From NCBI GenBank assembly GCA_047967505.1, contig CM106538.1: a stretch of DNA of 64,000 nt. One strand, 5' to 3'. The DNA comes from Dipteris shenzhenensis. Taxonomy: Eukaryota. Made by a program: the position numbers and the translations under genes. Positions 1 to 11,361 of this stretch are shown in pieces. The notes below the pieces were generated by a model. The model searched no databases. It worked only from the letters and a program-made list of their open reading frames with translations, and had not been told where the DNA came from. Each line of letters begins with the position of its first letter. Within the stretch, counting starts at the first letter, position 1.

Positions 1-761
1 TTGAATGCTGTATCGTGTGCATGCTCATCCAACCATCATGGCCGAGTCGAATCCAAGTTCGGCACGTCTGCTGCTCTTTTGCCTGGTTTCACCAAGCACG
101 AGAGACTCTGGTTGTCGGCCTGTCTCCCCAAGACGATCACCTTTCAATCTTTGTGTAGCCGTGGCGGCCTGGCACCGCGCCCCATGCCTCGTGAACATCA
201 ACTTTCCTTTCCCGGTCCAGCCGCCCAGCTCCAGACTCCAGAGCGGCTCAATTAATCTAGACTCTAGAGTCTAGACCCTCACTCTATCGCATTCTCCAAG
301 ACGTGGGGTGACTTCCAGCTTCCAGGGGCCAGGGCGGCTCTGCAAGACGTGGGGTGGCCGACTCTGGCGAGTCGAATCTTCTCTGTGTAAGAATCGACAC
401 TGCCAGCAGCCAATCAGCGAGCATTTCTCGTGACTTTGATGGCTTCGCTCCCGCGTAAACAGCTGACAATATCCCTGACTCCCAAGTCCATGGTGCACTG
501 AGCGCTCATGACACGTGTACATTCTTCTATCAAGCTTGCCTGTCGGAAAGGTCATGGGAATTTGGAAACAAGCGCTGCCTGTACAAAACAAAAAGCAAAC
601 TTAAAACAAGATCGTGAACTTTAAAGACATGGTATCTTGACGTGGGTGATGAGCTCGAATCAACAATTGACGTGGTAAGCAACGTGTATCCCTTGCTTGG
701 ATTCTTAGTCGTGCTAATTTCATCTCATCGAGTTGTGCCTTTGGTGATACGGACTCCCACG

Positions 762-815
762 ATCATGCAACATGATGAAAATGGGCATATGCACCCAATT
801 TTCTACGCTAGCTAA
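762..815 (+). mobile_element. Tiny Ty3/gypsy RNase H fragment
   Basis: Translates as IMQHDENGHMHPIFYAS*, matching the gypsy RNase H LMQ...HPIxYAS motif; no flanking pol frame is visible. Confidence 0.5.
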
Positions 816-1685
816 CTCTTCCATAAATTTAAGCTCTTGTTGTTATTGAGGAAATAACTCGTACTTTCAATGGCACACATTTCTATATTCCAAGAGTCCA
901 TGTTGCTCTTAGCTCTAATAGAAGAGAATAGATGTTCATGGAAGATTGACTTGCTAAGTACTTCTTTACAAGAGTAGGACTTCATCACCAATTACTCACC
1001 TAAAATGTTATAAATGCCTTGTCGTGCATTTGTTATCAATCAGTCCCCTATTTCAAAGCCCCTAATAGAAACTACAAGTCTTTTGCCTCTACATTTTCCT
1101 AGTCCTTTTTTTCCCTCGACAATCTCAAAGTTATACAAGCTCATGATTCTAGCAATTCCTTACATCATTTTTTTTATACTCAATGTAACAAGATGAATGA
1201 CTGCAAAATCTTTGTCATCCATTCAAGCATGAGATGCTAGTATTTTGGTATTGAAAATCTCATTCCAATTCATATATAAATTATCCAATCAATACAATAA
1301 TTTCAAATTCAAAGTAATGAAAGTTGTTCCTAATATGCTAAATGCAAAGTAGCAATTCGTGAACAAGTCCACTTCAATAACAACAAAGAAATGTAACGGA
1401 CTAACATTCAATGACTCATGACACAAAACAGTAGCAGACAACCCATATAATGCATGCGATTCCAATAGAGCAATGGCCATAGCAATCCCAAACAAAGCAA
1501 TAGCAAGCAACCACAATGGTGATACAAACAAGAGCCTTACCTCATCTTCCAATTAGCAAGGAGTGTCAAGCTATATGATGTGAGATTTCCTTCTAGGTCT
1601 ATGAACTTTAAAACTTGGAAAGGTCCATACTACTTCACCACAAGCTTCATGAACTTAGTATTTCCTCAAACTATCTTTAACCTTT

Positions 1686-2272
1686 TGTCAATCTTCAAAA
1701 GAACCTAATCTCCTTTTTTATATTGTACATCTTTCCAATTCTTGTTCACAACCTTCTTGTAGACTTCTCGATCCGACTGTATATGTGATTTAACTTGTGT
1801 GATTCGTTTTATTCATATCTTCAACAAACTGATCAATTATGAAAATCTTATCTCCTAAATATGTGGGTGTAGGAAGGACTTGGACATATATGATCTCAAA
1901 TGGTGCCTTGTGGGTAGTTGATTGGGTTGATTTGTTACAAGAAAGCTCTAATTAGAGGTAAATAATGTGCCCTAATGTTTTGTCAATCTTCAAAAGAACC
2001 CAATCTCCTTTTTTATATTGTACATCTTTCCAATTCGTGTTCACAACCTTCTTGTAGACTTCTCCATCTCACTATATATGCGATTTAACTTGTGTAATTA
2101 TCTTTATTCATGTCTTCAACAACTGATCAGCTATGGAAATCTTATCTCCTAAATATGCAACGGCGGGTGTACGAAGGACTTGGACATATATGATCTCAAA
2201 TGGGGCCTTGTGGTTAGCTGATTGAGTTGATTTGTTACAAGAAAGCTCTAATTAGAGGTAAATATTGTGCCC
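1686..2272. repeat. Tandem duplication of a ~295 bp unit
   Basis: TGTCAATCTTCAAAAGAACC...GAAAGCTCTAATTAGAGGTAAATA occurs from ~1686 and again from ~1982 with scattered substitutions. Confidence 0.85.
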
Positions 2273-2984
2273 ATTGGGTAGGATTATCATGGACATAACT
2301 ATGTAACAACTAGATAATAGCTTGATTAGCTATCTCACTTTGTTTATCAATTGGTGAATGACATGTAGAGGGAATTGCAACTTAATTCCTAAGTTCTCAA
2401 ATAGAGCTTGCTAAAAATGATTTTAAAACTTAGGAAGATTATCTAATGTATTAGAGTTAGTAATCCATGTAATCTAAAGATTTCTCCAATGAATAACTTA
2501 GCAAGTTCTATAGCAGTGAGGTTCTTCTTACATAAAATAAATTGTGCTTGCTTCCTAATTCTATCTATAACTGTGACGATTTTCTCATTTTCTCTCTTAT
2601 TTGTGGGAATCCTAACAAAAAATCCATAGTACCATGTTCCCTTCTTTCAGTAGGTATACGTAATGGCTAAAGTAGTTCGGGTATCTTGCCATGATTACTC
2701 TTAACTTTCTGGCAAGTTAAACATTCTTGAACTAAAGTAATTATGTCCTTTTTGAATCATCAAAAATATGAATATCTTTTAATAACATCAATGGTTTCTC
2801 TAACATCTCTATGTCATGCATAAGGACTACTATGTATCTCTTCAAAGACTAGCGATCCCCTAGGGATCTAAAAGTGGATGGTACACATAAAAGACGTCCT
2901 CTAAGAATATTATATCCATCATGAATTTCTTATCCCTCTATAGAATCAAAATTTCCTTGAAATAACTCATTATAAATAGTGTAG

Positions 2985-3281
2985 AATCCTTTATCACCTT
3001 TGTAGGATTTCTTCATTGTACTAAGAGATTCCATGTGTCATAATGTGTGTGTGTGTGTGTAAATAGTCTACAATCCTTTATCACTTTTGTAGGAATTCTT
3101 CATTGTACTAAGAGATTCCATATGTCATGAAGTGTGGGTGTGTGTATGTGTGTGCGAACACGTGCGTGTGTGTGTAGTGCATGCATGCACGCATGTGTGT
3201 GTGTGCATGCATACGTACGTACATGCGTGCATGTGTGTGTGTGCATGCGCACGCATGCGTGTGTGTATGTGCATGCATGCA

Positions 3282-3330
<49 letters not shown>
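2985..3330. repeat. (TG)n/(TGCA)-rich microsatellite with a short duplicated flank
   Basis: TG runs at ~3044-3060 and ~3133-3330; AATCCTTTATCAC...CATTGTACTAAGAGATTCCA is repeated at ~2985 and ~3072. Confidence 0.95.
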
Positions 3331-3332
<2 letters not shown>

Positions 3333-3713
3333 CACAAACTTGTGAGTGGTAGCTATTGACTACACTACAATAGTTTCTCCATTGGATGCCGCATTTCATG
3401 GGGAATGGGGAAGACACTCCCTCCAAGGAGGTCCCCTAGTACCCTTCAACATTAATTCTTGGTTGCTGCCTGTCTGTGTCTCGGTCAATGTGAATCTCTG
3501 TCCATAATCTCCAATTTGGTTCCACTGCGGTATCTATTAAAGTCCATTCAATTATCTACTGTCAATATTGACAATGGTATGGTGGAATAGGGACTCCTAC
3601 TGATGCAATATTCGAGTTTTTACTGTATTCCTACCATTATTATTAAGTCCCACGGTTAGATCCCTTGTATATTACCGTTAATTATGGGTATCCATAGCTA
3701 AGCTGCATTAATT

Positions 3714-3935
3714 CAAGCGTTTTTTTTAATTTTAAAAAAACGCCCAAAAACATGTTTTTTGCGATTTAAAACATTTCAAACAATTTTTGATATTTTATTC
3801 GTATGAATAGTTATTCATACGATTAACCTATTTGTTCAAATAAACACCTATTCATACGAATAAAGTTATTCGTATGAATATACATAGTATATACTTGCAG
3901 CCACTGCCATTTTTGGTATTCATATGAATACATCC
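3714..3935 (+). mobile_element. Putative DNA-transposon terminus/subterminal region with repeated near-palindromic TATTCRTAYGAATA motifs
   Basis: Begins CAAGCGTTTTTTTTAATTTTAAAAAAACGC (fold-back), followed by several copies of TATTCGTATGAATA/TATTCATACGAATA/TATTCATATGAATA; no matching far end was found. Confidence 0.4.
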
Positions 3936-4130
3936 AACTATCTTCCTTGCCACCTCAGCCACTTGCTTGCCAGCCCTGCCACCTCCTGCGTGCCTACCTG
4001 CTATCTCCTGCTTGCTTCCATACCTACCAGCTCTCATCATAGGTACCTTACTGCACCGAGACTGCACCCTTGCTTGTGTTACATTCTTTCGTTAGTTATT
4101 AATGTTTCTTTTGTTTTGTTTTGTTTAGAA

Positions 4131-5059
4131 CTGGCACTCATCTCTCTTAGGAGAGTTGTGTGTTGTAGCCTTTTTAAATTGTTTAATATTTATTTTGTAT
4201 TGTATTTAAGTGTGTATACAGGCTGGCACTCATCTCTCTTGCGAGAGTTGTGTGTTGCAATCTGTTTTTGTCATGTGTTGTAATTTTAATTATAATATAA
4301 ATAATTATTTTTTACCTGAGGCTGGCACTCATCTCTCTTAAGAGAGTTGTGTGTTGCAGTCTCAGTTTGTATAAAAATGTTTGTTTGTAGGAACTCTTGG
4401 GCTGGCACTCATCTCTCTTAAGAGAGTTGTGTGTTGCAGTTAGTGATGTTTTCATAGATGCTTATTCTGGCACTCATCTCTCCCTTGAGAGTTGTGTGTT
4501 ACAGTCTAAGTGTAGAGATGTTTTCGAGCACTTAGTCTAGCACTCAACTGTCCCTTGATAGTTGTTTGTTGCAGTCTAAGTTAGATATCATGCAACGTGC
4601 TCTTAGACACTTAGTCTGGCACTCAACTATCCCTTGATAGTTGTGTTTTGCAGCCTAAGTTAGATATCATGCGAGACACTTAGTCTAGCACTTAATTGTC
4701 CCTTGATAGTTGTGTGTTGCAGTTTAAGTTAGATATCATGCAATGTGCTCTTAGACACTTAGTCTAGCACTCAATTGTCCCTTGAGCACTCAATTGTCCC
4801 TTGATAGTTGTGTGTTGTGGTTGAAGCCTAGTGTTAGATGGTGAAGTCCACGATTAGGTTATACCTAGGTCATTTTTTGTGTAGGTTACACGCTTATTTT
4901 TTGTGTTTTGATTTTTTGCAGTCTGTTACATGATGTGAGCTTGAGTTGAGAGGTTATATCTAGGTAATTTCTTAGACTACTTGCATTGTTAATTGTTATG
5001 GCTTAATAAGTTTCTTATTGCACCTAGCACTGAATTCTTTTTTGAATTCTGTGTTGCAG
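4131..5059 (+). repeat. Repeat-spacer array: nine 38-bp hairpin repeats plus one diverged distal copy (CRISPR-like architecture, no cas genes)
   Basis: CTRGCACTCA-WYTNTC-loop-GAKAGTTGTGTGTTGCAG at 4131, 4223, 4322, 4402, 4467, 4537, 4616, 4685 and 4764; diverged copy at 5024-5059; spacers 27-61 bp. Confidence 0.9.
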
Positions 5060-5075
5060 CTTACTGCATATGAGA

Positions 5076-5977
5076 TGGCTCACGCACGTGAGAAGAGGAA
5101 GTGTCAACAACCTGATCTCACTAAGTTTCAGAGGAAGGTGCTGAAAAATGAGAATGTACACTTCTTAATGAATGTCGATCAGGACATCATTGAGACAACT
5201 TTCCAAAATGGTGAAAGCGGTGTATAGAATTTGGTGAGGACAATAGCAGAGCATGGAGGGAGGACCTTGTGTGACCGATTTCCACATGTTTTCATAGTAG
5301 AGTCTATAGACCAGTATTTGAACCACTTAGCGATGGAGGCTCGGTCAAATAGATCGAGACATAAACTCATGTGACACAAAGTGGGAGGGTCTTGCTGTAG
5401 ATGCCAGGCTCATGTACATCAAGAATGCATGGCGAGGTTACAAAGGCAAAGGAGCTGCCTCACGACCTCCCTTCCATCAATGCACCCATGCCCCCAAGCA
5501 CAGCCACAACCACAAGCATCAATGCACCCATGCCCCCAGTCAAATGCCGCATTGCATCCACCACAACCACAAGCACCAATGCACCCAGGTCCCCAGTCAC
5601 ATGTCGCATTTCACCCAATGTTGCCACAAGCACCACTGTAGCCATGCCACGCGTATGCACCAATGCATCGACCACAACATGTCTTTCCTCGTATCCCCTT
5701 TTTCTAAGATCTTCCATACCCAAAAGAAGTTCCTCCTCCTGGTCCACATCTCCCATCTCATGCACAATCACATTTCACCCATCTTTTGCTTCTCCATTTG
5801 TGCCTCCTACCATAGGCGCAGACCACTTTCCATCTCCCGCATACTCACCTGTACCACAAATGTACTATCTATATGCATAAGCAGATACATTCCCATCTCC
5901 TTCATTCTCGCCCCTGCACAAGCACCATGCACATCACATGGCTTGTGTGATCGTGTAGCAGTGCCAAGACCATGCGG
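5076..5977 (+). pseudogene. N-terminal part (unknown domain plus Pro/His/Gln-rich linker) of the copia-interrupted kinase gene
   Basis: MAHAREKRKCQQPDLTKF... follows an acceptor-like TGTTGCAG at 5059; stops and frameshifts are present; the last frame continues into the kinase frame at 10608 once the copia and one TGCGG copy are removed. Confidence 0.6.
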
Positions 5978-6335
5978 TGTTGAGATATTGAGCTCCACTT
6001 GTGATATGCCAGCGTGACCGTTGTGCATTTATGTCACCGACTTTTTAGCTGCAGATGCGGTTGGTACACTGCCCATGAGTAATAGTTGGATGACAGCTAT
6101 CTTTATGTACTCTAGTTAGTGGCTCAGTTAGTATGCCACCTAGGTTAGCTGAGTTTGGTTTGAGACCCACATATAGGGTTCACCTATTCCTTTTGTACTA
6201 AGAGAGAGTTCTTTTGGCTTCCATAACTAAGAAGCGAAAAACTGTTTTCAGCCTCCACCTTTGTGTGTATTCCCCCATTGTGTATGCGAGAAAGCTGCAA
6301 GTGAGACTCCTTACTTCTCTCCCAGTCTCTTCACA
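5978..6335 (+). repeat. 5' LTR of copia element 1
   Basis: TGTTGAGATA...CTTCACA; about 20 substitutions versus the 3' LTR by manual count. Confidence 0.95.
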
Positions 6336-9300
6336 TGGTATCAGAGCTCGGTTCGTAGTAAGGAGCTCAAGAAAGCAAACCAAGTTCGCAGTGTCTTGGT
6401 AAGAGGATCAGTGTTGCTTTCCTTTTCAGAGTTTGGGAGCAAATCTCTGCAGGGAGCACAGCCGAAAAGTGCAAGGTTTCGGGGCCCCATTTTGGTGGCG
6501 GAAGTTTTTCACAGGCACTCTGAAAAGTGCCTTATTTTTGTTGTGCGACCATTGTTCCGTAGGTTGGTGAAAAGTTGTCGCAAAAATTGCATCGTATGCC
6601 TGTGCGCAGAGATATTGGGAGTGACAGAATCATTCTTATTACATGTTGATGCAAAATCGTCACTAGGAAGTGACTGTGGTCAAATACCGCTTTTGTCAGT
6701 TTTGCAGATTTGCCCTTGTGAGGCAGAAGTTGTGTTTTTTGCAGTGTTCTGTAATGGCGTCTAATGCTCTTTCACAGATAGTCACTGAAAAGCTTGACAA
6801 GAACAACTTCCAAGCATGGAAGTTTAGAATGACGAATTTCCTTAAGGGAAAAGGCTATTGGCAGTTCATTACTAGAGCTGAACAAGAACCAGTTATTCCT
6901 AATGTTCCCAATCAACAGGAGTTATGGTGCAGCACATGACCAATTCTGTGACAAGTGCAAAAGAAAGCAATGATGTGTGGTATGTTGACTCAGGTGCATC
7001 AAACCACATGACAGGTCATGCAGAATGGATGTAGGATGCAAGGAAAATGGAAAGACCAGGATTTGTGGAGACTGGTGATGATACTGCACATCCTATTGTG
7101 CAGATTGGTAAAATTCCTCTATCTATGCAGGATGGGAAAAAGAAATACCTGTCTGTTGTGTTTCATATCCCAAATATCACCAAGAACCTAGTTTCTGTTG
7201 GTCAAATGGTTAAGCAGAGCTTGCAGGTCAGATTTAATCCTCATGGATGCCTTGTTGAGGATATGAAAAATAAAGGTCACTTGATAGCAAAAGGGAAGAA
7301 GAAGAGTAGGATGTTTACGTTGGATGCGGACATGCCTGAATTGAGTGTAGCAATGTTTGCACATGGGACCGGTGTAGTTGCAGATATTGATATTTGGCAT
7401 AAACGCATTGGTCATGTTAATGTACAGCGACTCAAATTAATGCAGGCCCAAAATATTGTTGCTGGATTGCCTAAGTTCAAGGTTGCAAAAATGCATAAGG
7501 TATGTGAAGCCTGTCAATTTGGAAAACAGGCAAGGAAACCATTTCCTAGACATGTTCAAGAGAGTAAGAGGCCATTGGAATTAATCCACTATGATGTGTG
7601 GACTACTAAAGCTGCATCTATTGGAGGCTGTCATTATTTTGTCACTTTTATTGATGACTACAGCAGAAAAGTTTGGGTGTATTTTATGAAAAAGAAAAGT
7701 GAAGTGTTTGGGCATTTCAAAGCTTTTAAAGCTATGGTTGAGAAAGAAATAGGCCTGCAAATAAAATGCCTAAGGTCAGATGGAGGGGGAGAGTACCTCT
7801 CAAGTGAGTTTGCAAGTTCTTGCAGGAGCATGGCATAAAGCAAAAATATTCATGCAGTCATACCCAACAGCAAAATGGACTTGCAGAAAGGAAAAACAGG
7901 CATATTGGAGAGGTATCTCGTGCCATGCTTAACGAAAAGGATCTACCAGATTATTATTGGGCTGAAGCAGTTGCTACAGCAGTCTAGATAATGAACAGGA
8001 CTCCCACTGTAGCAATACATGGCATGACGCCAGAGGAGAGGTATATTGGTAGGAAACCAGATATTTCTCATTTGAAAGTTTTTGGTTGCATTGCCTATGT
8101 TCATGTGCCAGATGAGTTCAGATCCAAGTTGGATCCAAAAGCTGAGAAGTGCATCTTTATTGGTTATTCTCTATAGCAGAAAGGGTATAGATGCTATAAC
8201 CCTTCTACTCGTAAGTTTACAGTGAGCATGGTATAAACCAGTAAATGTGATTGATGATGTAGATGCACAAAATGGTAATGTTGCACAGAATTCACAGCAG
8301 CAATCACAAAACAAAATATTAGTGGACTTGTAGTGTTCTCTAGTAGTGGTTCGCATACTTCGCCATGGACAGGCAGATTGAGATCAGGAGAATCTCCTCA
8401 AAGCAATGCCAATAGTGGTATGCAAGTATCACGAAAGGGAAAAGAGAAAGTAGATCAGCCCATGGTTGATGTGAATGCAGGTCACTCTTATGTGGATGGT
8501 GAATCCAATGGCTCAGAACAGAGCCTTGATGATGAGTTGGGTATTACTTCTATTGTTACACCTGGAGTAAGGAAGACAAGGGATGTTTTGAGAGCACCTG
8601 GTAGTGAGCCTATTTTGCACAGGTCTACCAGAGTTAAGTATCCTATGGATAGGCTGAAATATGATGGATTTATAGCGATTCACTATGCCTATATGGTCAA
8701 AGTGATACATGAACCAGAACCCACTTCTTTTGAGCAAGCCATGGGAAAAGAAAAATGGGAGAAAGCCATGGATGAAGAAATGGATGCCTTGGAAGCAAAT
8801 GCTACATGGGAATTGGTGCCTTTGCCTAAAGACAAGAGTGCAATTGGCTGCAAGTGGGTTTAAAAGGTGAAGCACAATGCAGATGGTTCTGTGAATAGAT
8901 ACAAGGCAAGATTAGTTGTCAAAGGGTATGCATAGACATATGGCATTGATTATAAAGAAACATTCAGTCCGATTGCAAGGATGGCAACTGTAAGAGCAGT
9001 CATTGCTATGGCTGCATCAAAGGGATGGTCTTTACATCAGATGGATGTAAAGAATGCCTTCTTGCATGGTGAATTGCAAGAAGAGGTCTATATGGAGCAG
9101 CCATTAGGTTATGTGGATGCTGTTCATTGTTTGCAGATTGAAGAAAGCCTTGTATAGCTTGAAGCAAGCACCCAGAGCATGGTCTGACAAGATAGGACAG
9201 TATGTTGTCACTATTGGCTTTCAGATTTCCAAGGCAGATTTCTCACTTTGTGTGAGAAAAACAGAGAAAGGCATTATGCTGCTTGTCATTTATGTTGATG

Positions 9301-10243
9301 ATTTGATCATCACAGGTGATAGTGATGAAGATATCCTTCATGTGAAAATGCTATTGAAGCAGAAGTTTGAGATGAAGGATTTGGGAGAGCTGCGTTACTT
9401 CTTGGGCATTGAGGTGATTAGATCCATAAGTGGGATATGGCTCTTGCAGAGGCAGTATGAATTGGACATGCTGTCCAAATATGGGATGATAGGCTGTAAG
9501 CCTATTTTAGTTCATTTGGAGCAAAATGTGAAGTTGAGCATAGATGCAAGTGAGCTTCTGGAAGACCCTACTATGTACAGATGCATAGTAGGAAGTTTGA
9601 TTTATATGACTATTACCAGGCCAGATTTGAGCTATGCTATTGGGTTGGTAAGTCAGTTTATGCATGCTCCAAGGAAACCACATTTGGATGCGGCTAGATG
9701 CATACTGAGGTATGTGAAGTCCACATTGCAGTATGGACTATTTCATGAGACTGGGGTTTAGATACAATTGCATGGATACACTGATGTTGATGGGGCTGGT
9801 AGTATTTCTGATAGACGATCTACCAGTGGATATGTGTTTTCTTTTGGGAGTGCTACAGTCACTTGGAGCAACAAGAAATAGCCTACAGTTGCCTTGTCGA
9901 GCACAGAGGCTGAATACAGGGGTGCAGCAATGGCGAGGCAGCTTGGTTGCATAAGCTACTTTATGATTGCATCAGTCTATAGATGGGCCAATTGTCATTT
10001 ATTGTGACAACATGAGCAGTATACACTTGGCAAATAACCCAGTCTATCATGCTAGAAGAAAGCACATTGAGGTGCATTATCACTATGTGCGAGAGAAGGT
10101 TCTAGTAGGTTTTATTGATCTAGTTTATGTCAGCACAGAGGATCAGGTAGCTAACATATTCACGAAGGCATTGGGCATAGAGAAGCTGCGCAAGTTCAGA
10201 GACCTTCTTGGTGTGCACGAATTGGGATTGAGCTCGAAGGGAG

Positions 10244-10602
10244 TGTTGAGATATCGAGCTCCACTCGTGATATGCCAAGGTGACCGTTGTGCATTTATGT
10301 CACCAACTTGTTAGCTGCAGATGCGGTTGGTAGACCGCCCATGAATAATAGCTGGATGACAGCTATCTTTATGTACTCTAGTTAGTGGCTCAGTTATTAT
10401 GCCACCTAGGTTAGCTGAGTTTGGTTTGAGACCCACATATAGAGTTCACCTATTTCTTTTGTACTAAGAGAAAGTTCTTTTGGCTTTCACAACTAAGAAG
10501 AGGAAAACTGTTTTCAGCCTCCACCTTTGTGTGTATTCCCCCATTGTGTATGTGAGAAAGCTGCAAGTGAGACTCCTTACTTCTCTCCCACTCTTCTTCA
10601 CA
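10244..10602 (+). repeat. 3' LTR of copia element 1
   Basis: Direct repeat of 5978-6335, preceded by a PPT and followed by TSD TGCGG. Confidence 0.95.
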
Positions 10603-10607
10603 TGCGG

Positions 10608-11361
10608 CCCATACTGCTTCAGCAAGACGAGACATCTAATTCATGCCTAGTGCAGCTGTGGACACAGGCACGAAAGGAACAGTCAGCATGTGCAATATTC
10701 TTGTTGCTCCCTTTGATTCGCACAAGATTTATGCATGTAAGGTGCTAAGGGTTTCTGTGCCAACTGATGCATTGAAGGCCAAAGCATTGGAAGAATCCAT
10801 GTGCTTGGGTGATGTCGTACATCTGGGCATCATCCAAGCAATAGGTCTAGTCCATGACGATAACCCAATGATACTACTTCCATTTTGGAATGGAAATCAT
10901 TTGGAAAGATGGCTAACCTACCTCGGACATGACGAAAAGCGACCATCTCCGGTGTTTCACAGAGATGATGCAAAAATGCTTGCTAGAGCTCCACAGGTCC
11001 GTCAGCATGTATTTGATATTTTAAGTGCACTAGCTCACACTATTCATTACATGCATCAACACAATGTCCTACATAATGATTTGCATGTGCGAAACATTAT
11101 GCTACACTTCTCGGAGTCATTCGAGGAGGTGTATCTAGACATTTGTGATTGGGGAATGATGACCCCATGCAGCACTAGAAAGCACTATCCCGCATTACTC
11201 AGTGACAGCCCCAACACTGTGCAGAGTTCCATTGCTAGGTTTCGTCACGTTGCTCCAAAATGCCTCTGCACCAATCCCCCACCTTTCGATGTTGCACAAG
11301 ATGTGTATGCCATGTCTCATCACATCCTAAAGATCTTGGACATTTGTGCACCATTGCCAAG
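10608..11361 (+). pseudogene. Atypical intronless protein kinase domain, truncated at the C-terminus
   Basis: Gly-loop-like DTGTKGTV, YACK (VAIK Lys), LEE (helix C), catalytic loop HNDLHVRNIML, DWG (DFG), HVAPK (APE), QDVYA; the frame then runs into copia gag sequence. Confidence 0.85.

Larger units (their letters stand above)
5978..10602 (+). mobile_element. Ty1/copia LTR retrotransposon, structurally complete but decayed, with an internal gag deletion
   Basis: LTRs 5978-6335 and 10244-10602 (TG...CA), TSD TGCGG, PBS TGGTATCAGAGC at 6336, PPT GAAGGGAG; gag (EKLDKNNFQAWKF), protease (DSGASNHM), integrase (HKRIGH, CEAC, RSDGGGEY), RT (YVDD), RNase H (CDN...KHIEVHYH). Confidence 0.97.

Noticed and set aside
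1-600. GC-rich, exon-like minus-strand stretch after an acceptor-like TTTTGTACAG at ~580
   Set aside because: Stops in all plausible frames and no recognisable motif; cannot be assigned.
1289-1552. Hydrophobic 87-aa ORF resembling a membrane protein
   Set aside because: No family motif; it lies in AT-rich, TE-like decayed sequence.
3100-3426. HT/VC-repeat ORFs
   Set aside because: Translation of a (TG)n microsatellite.
4131-4820. Bona fide prokaryotic CRISPR array or bacterial contamination
   Set aside because: No cas genes, the context is plant TE DNA, spacer lengths vary widely and the later spacers are duplicates; kept only as CRISPR-like.
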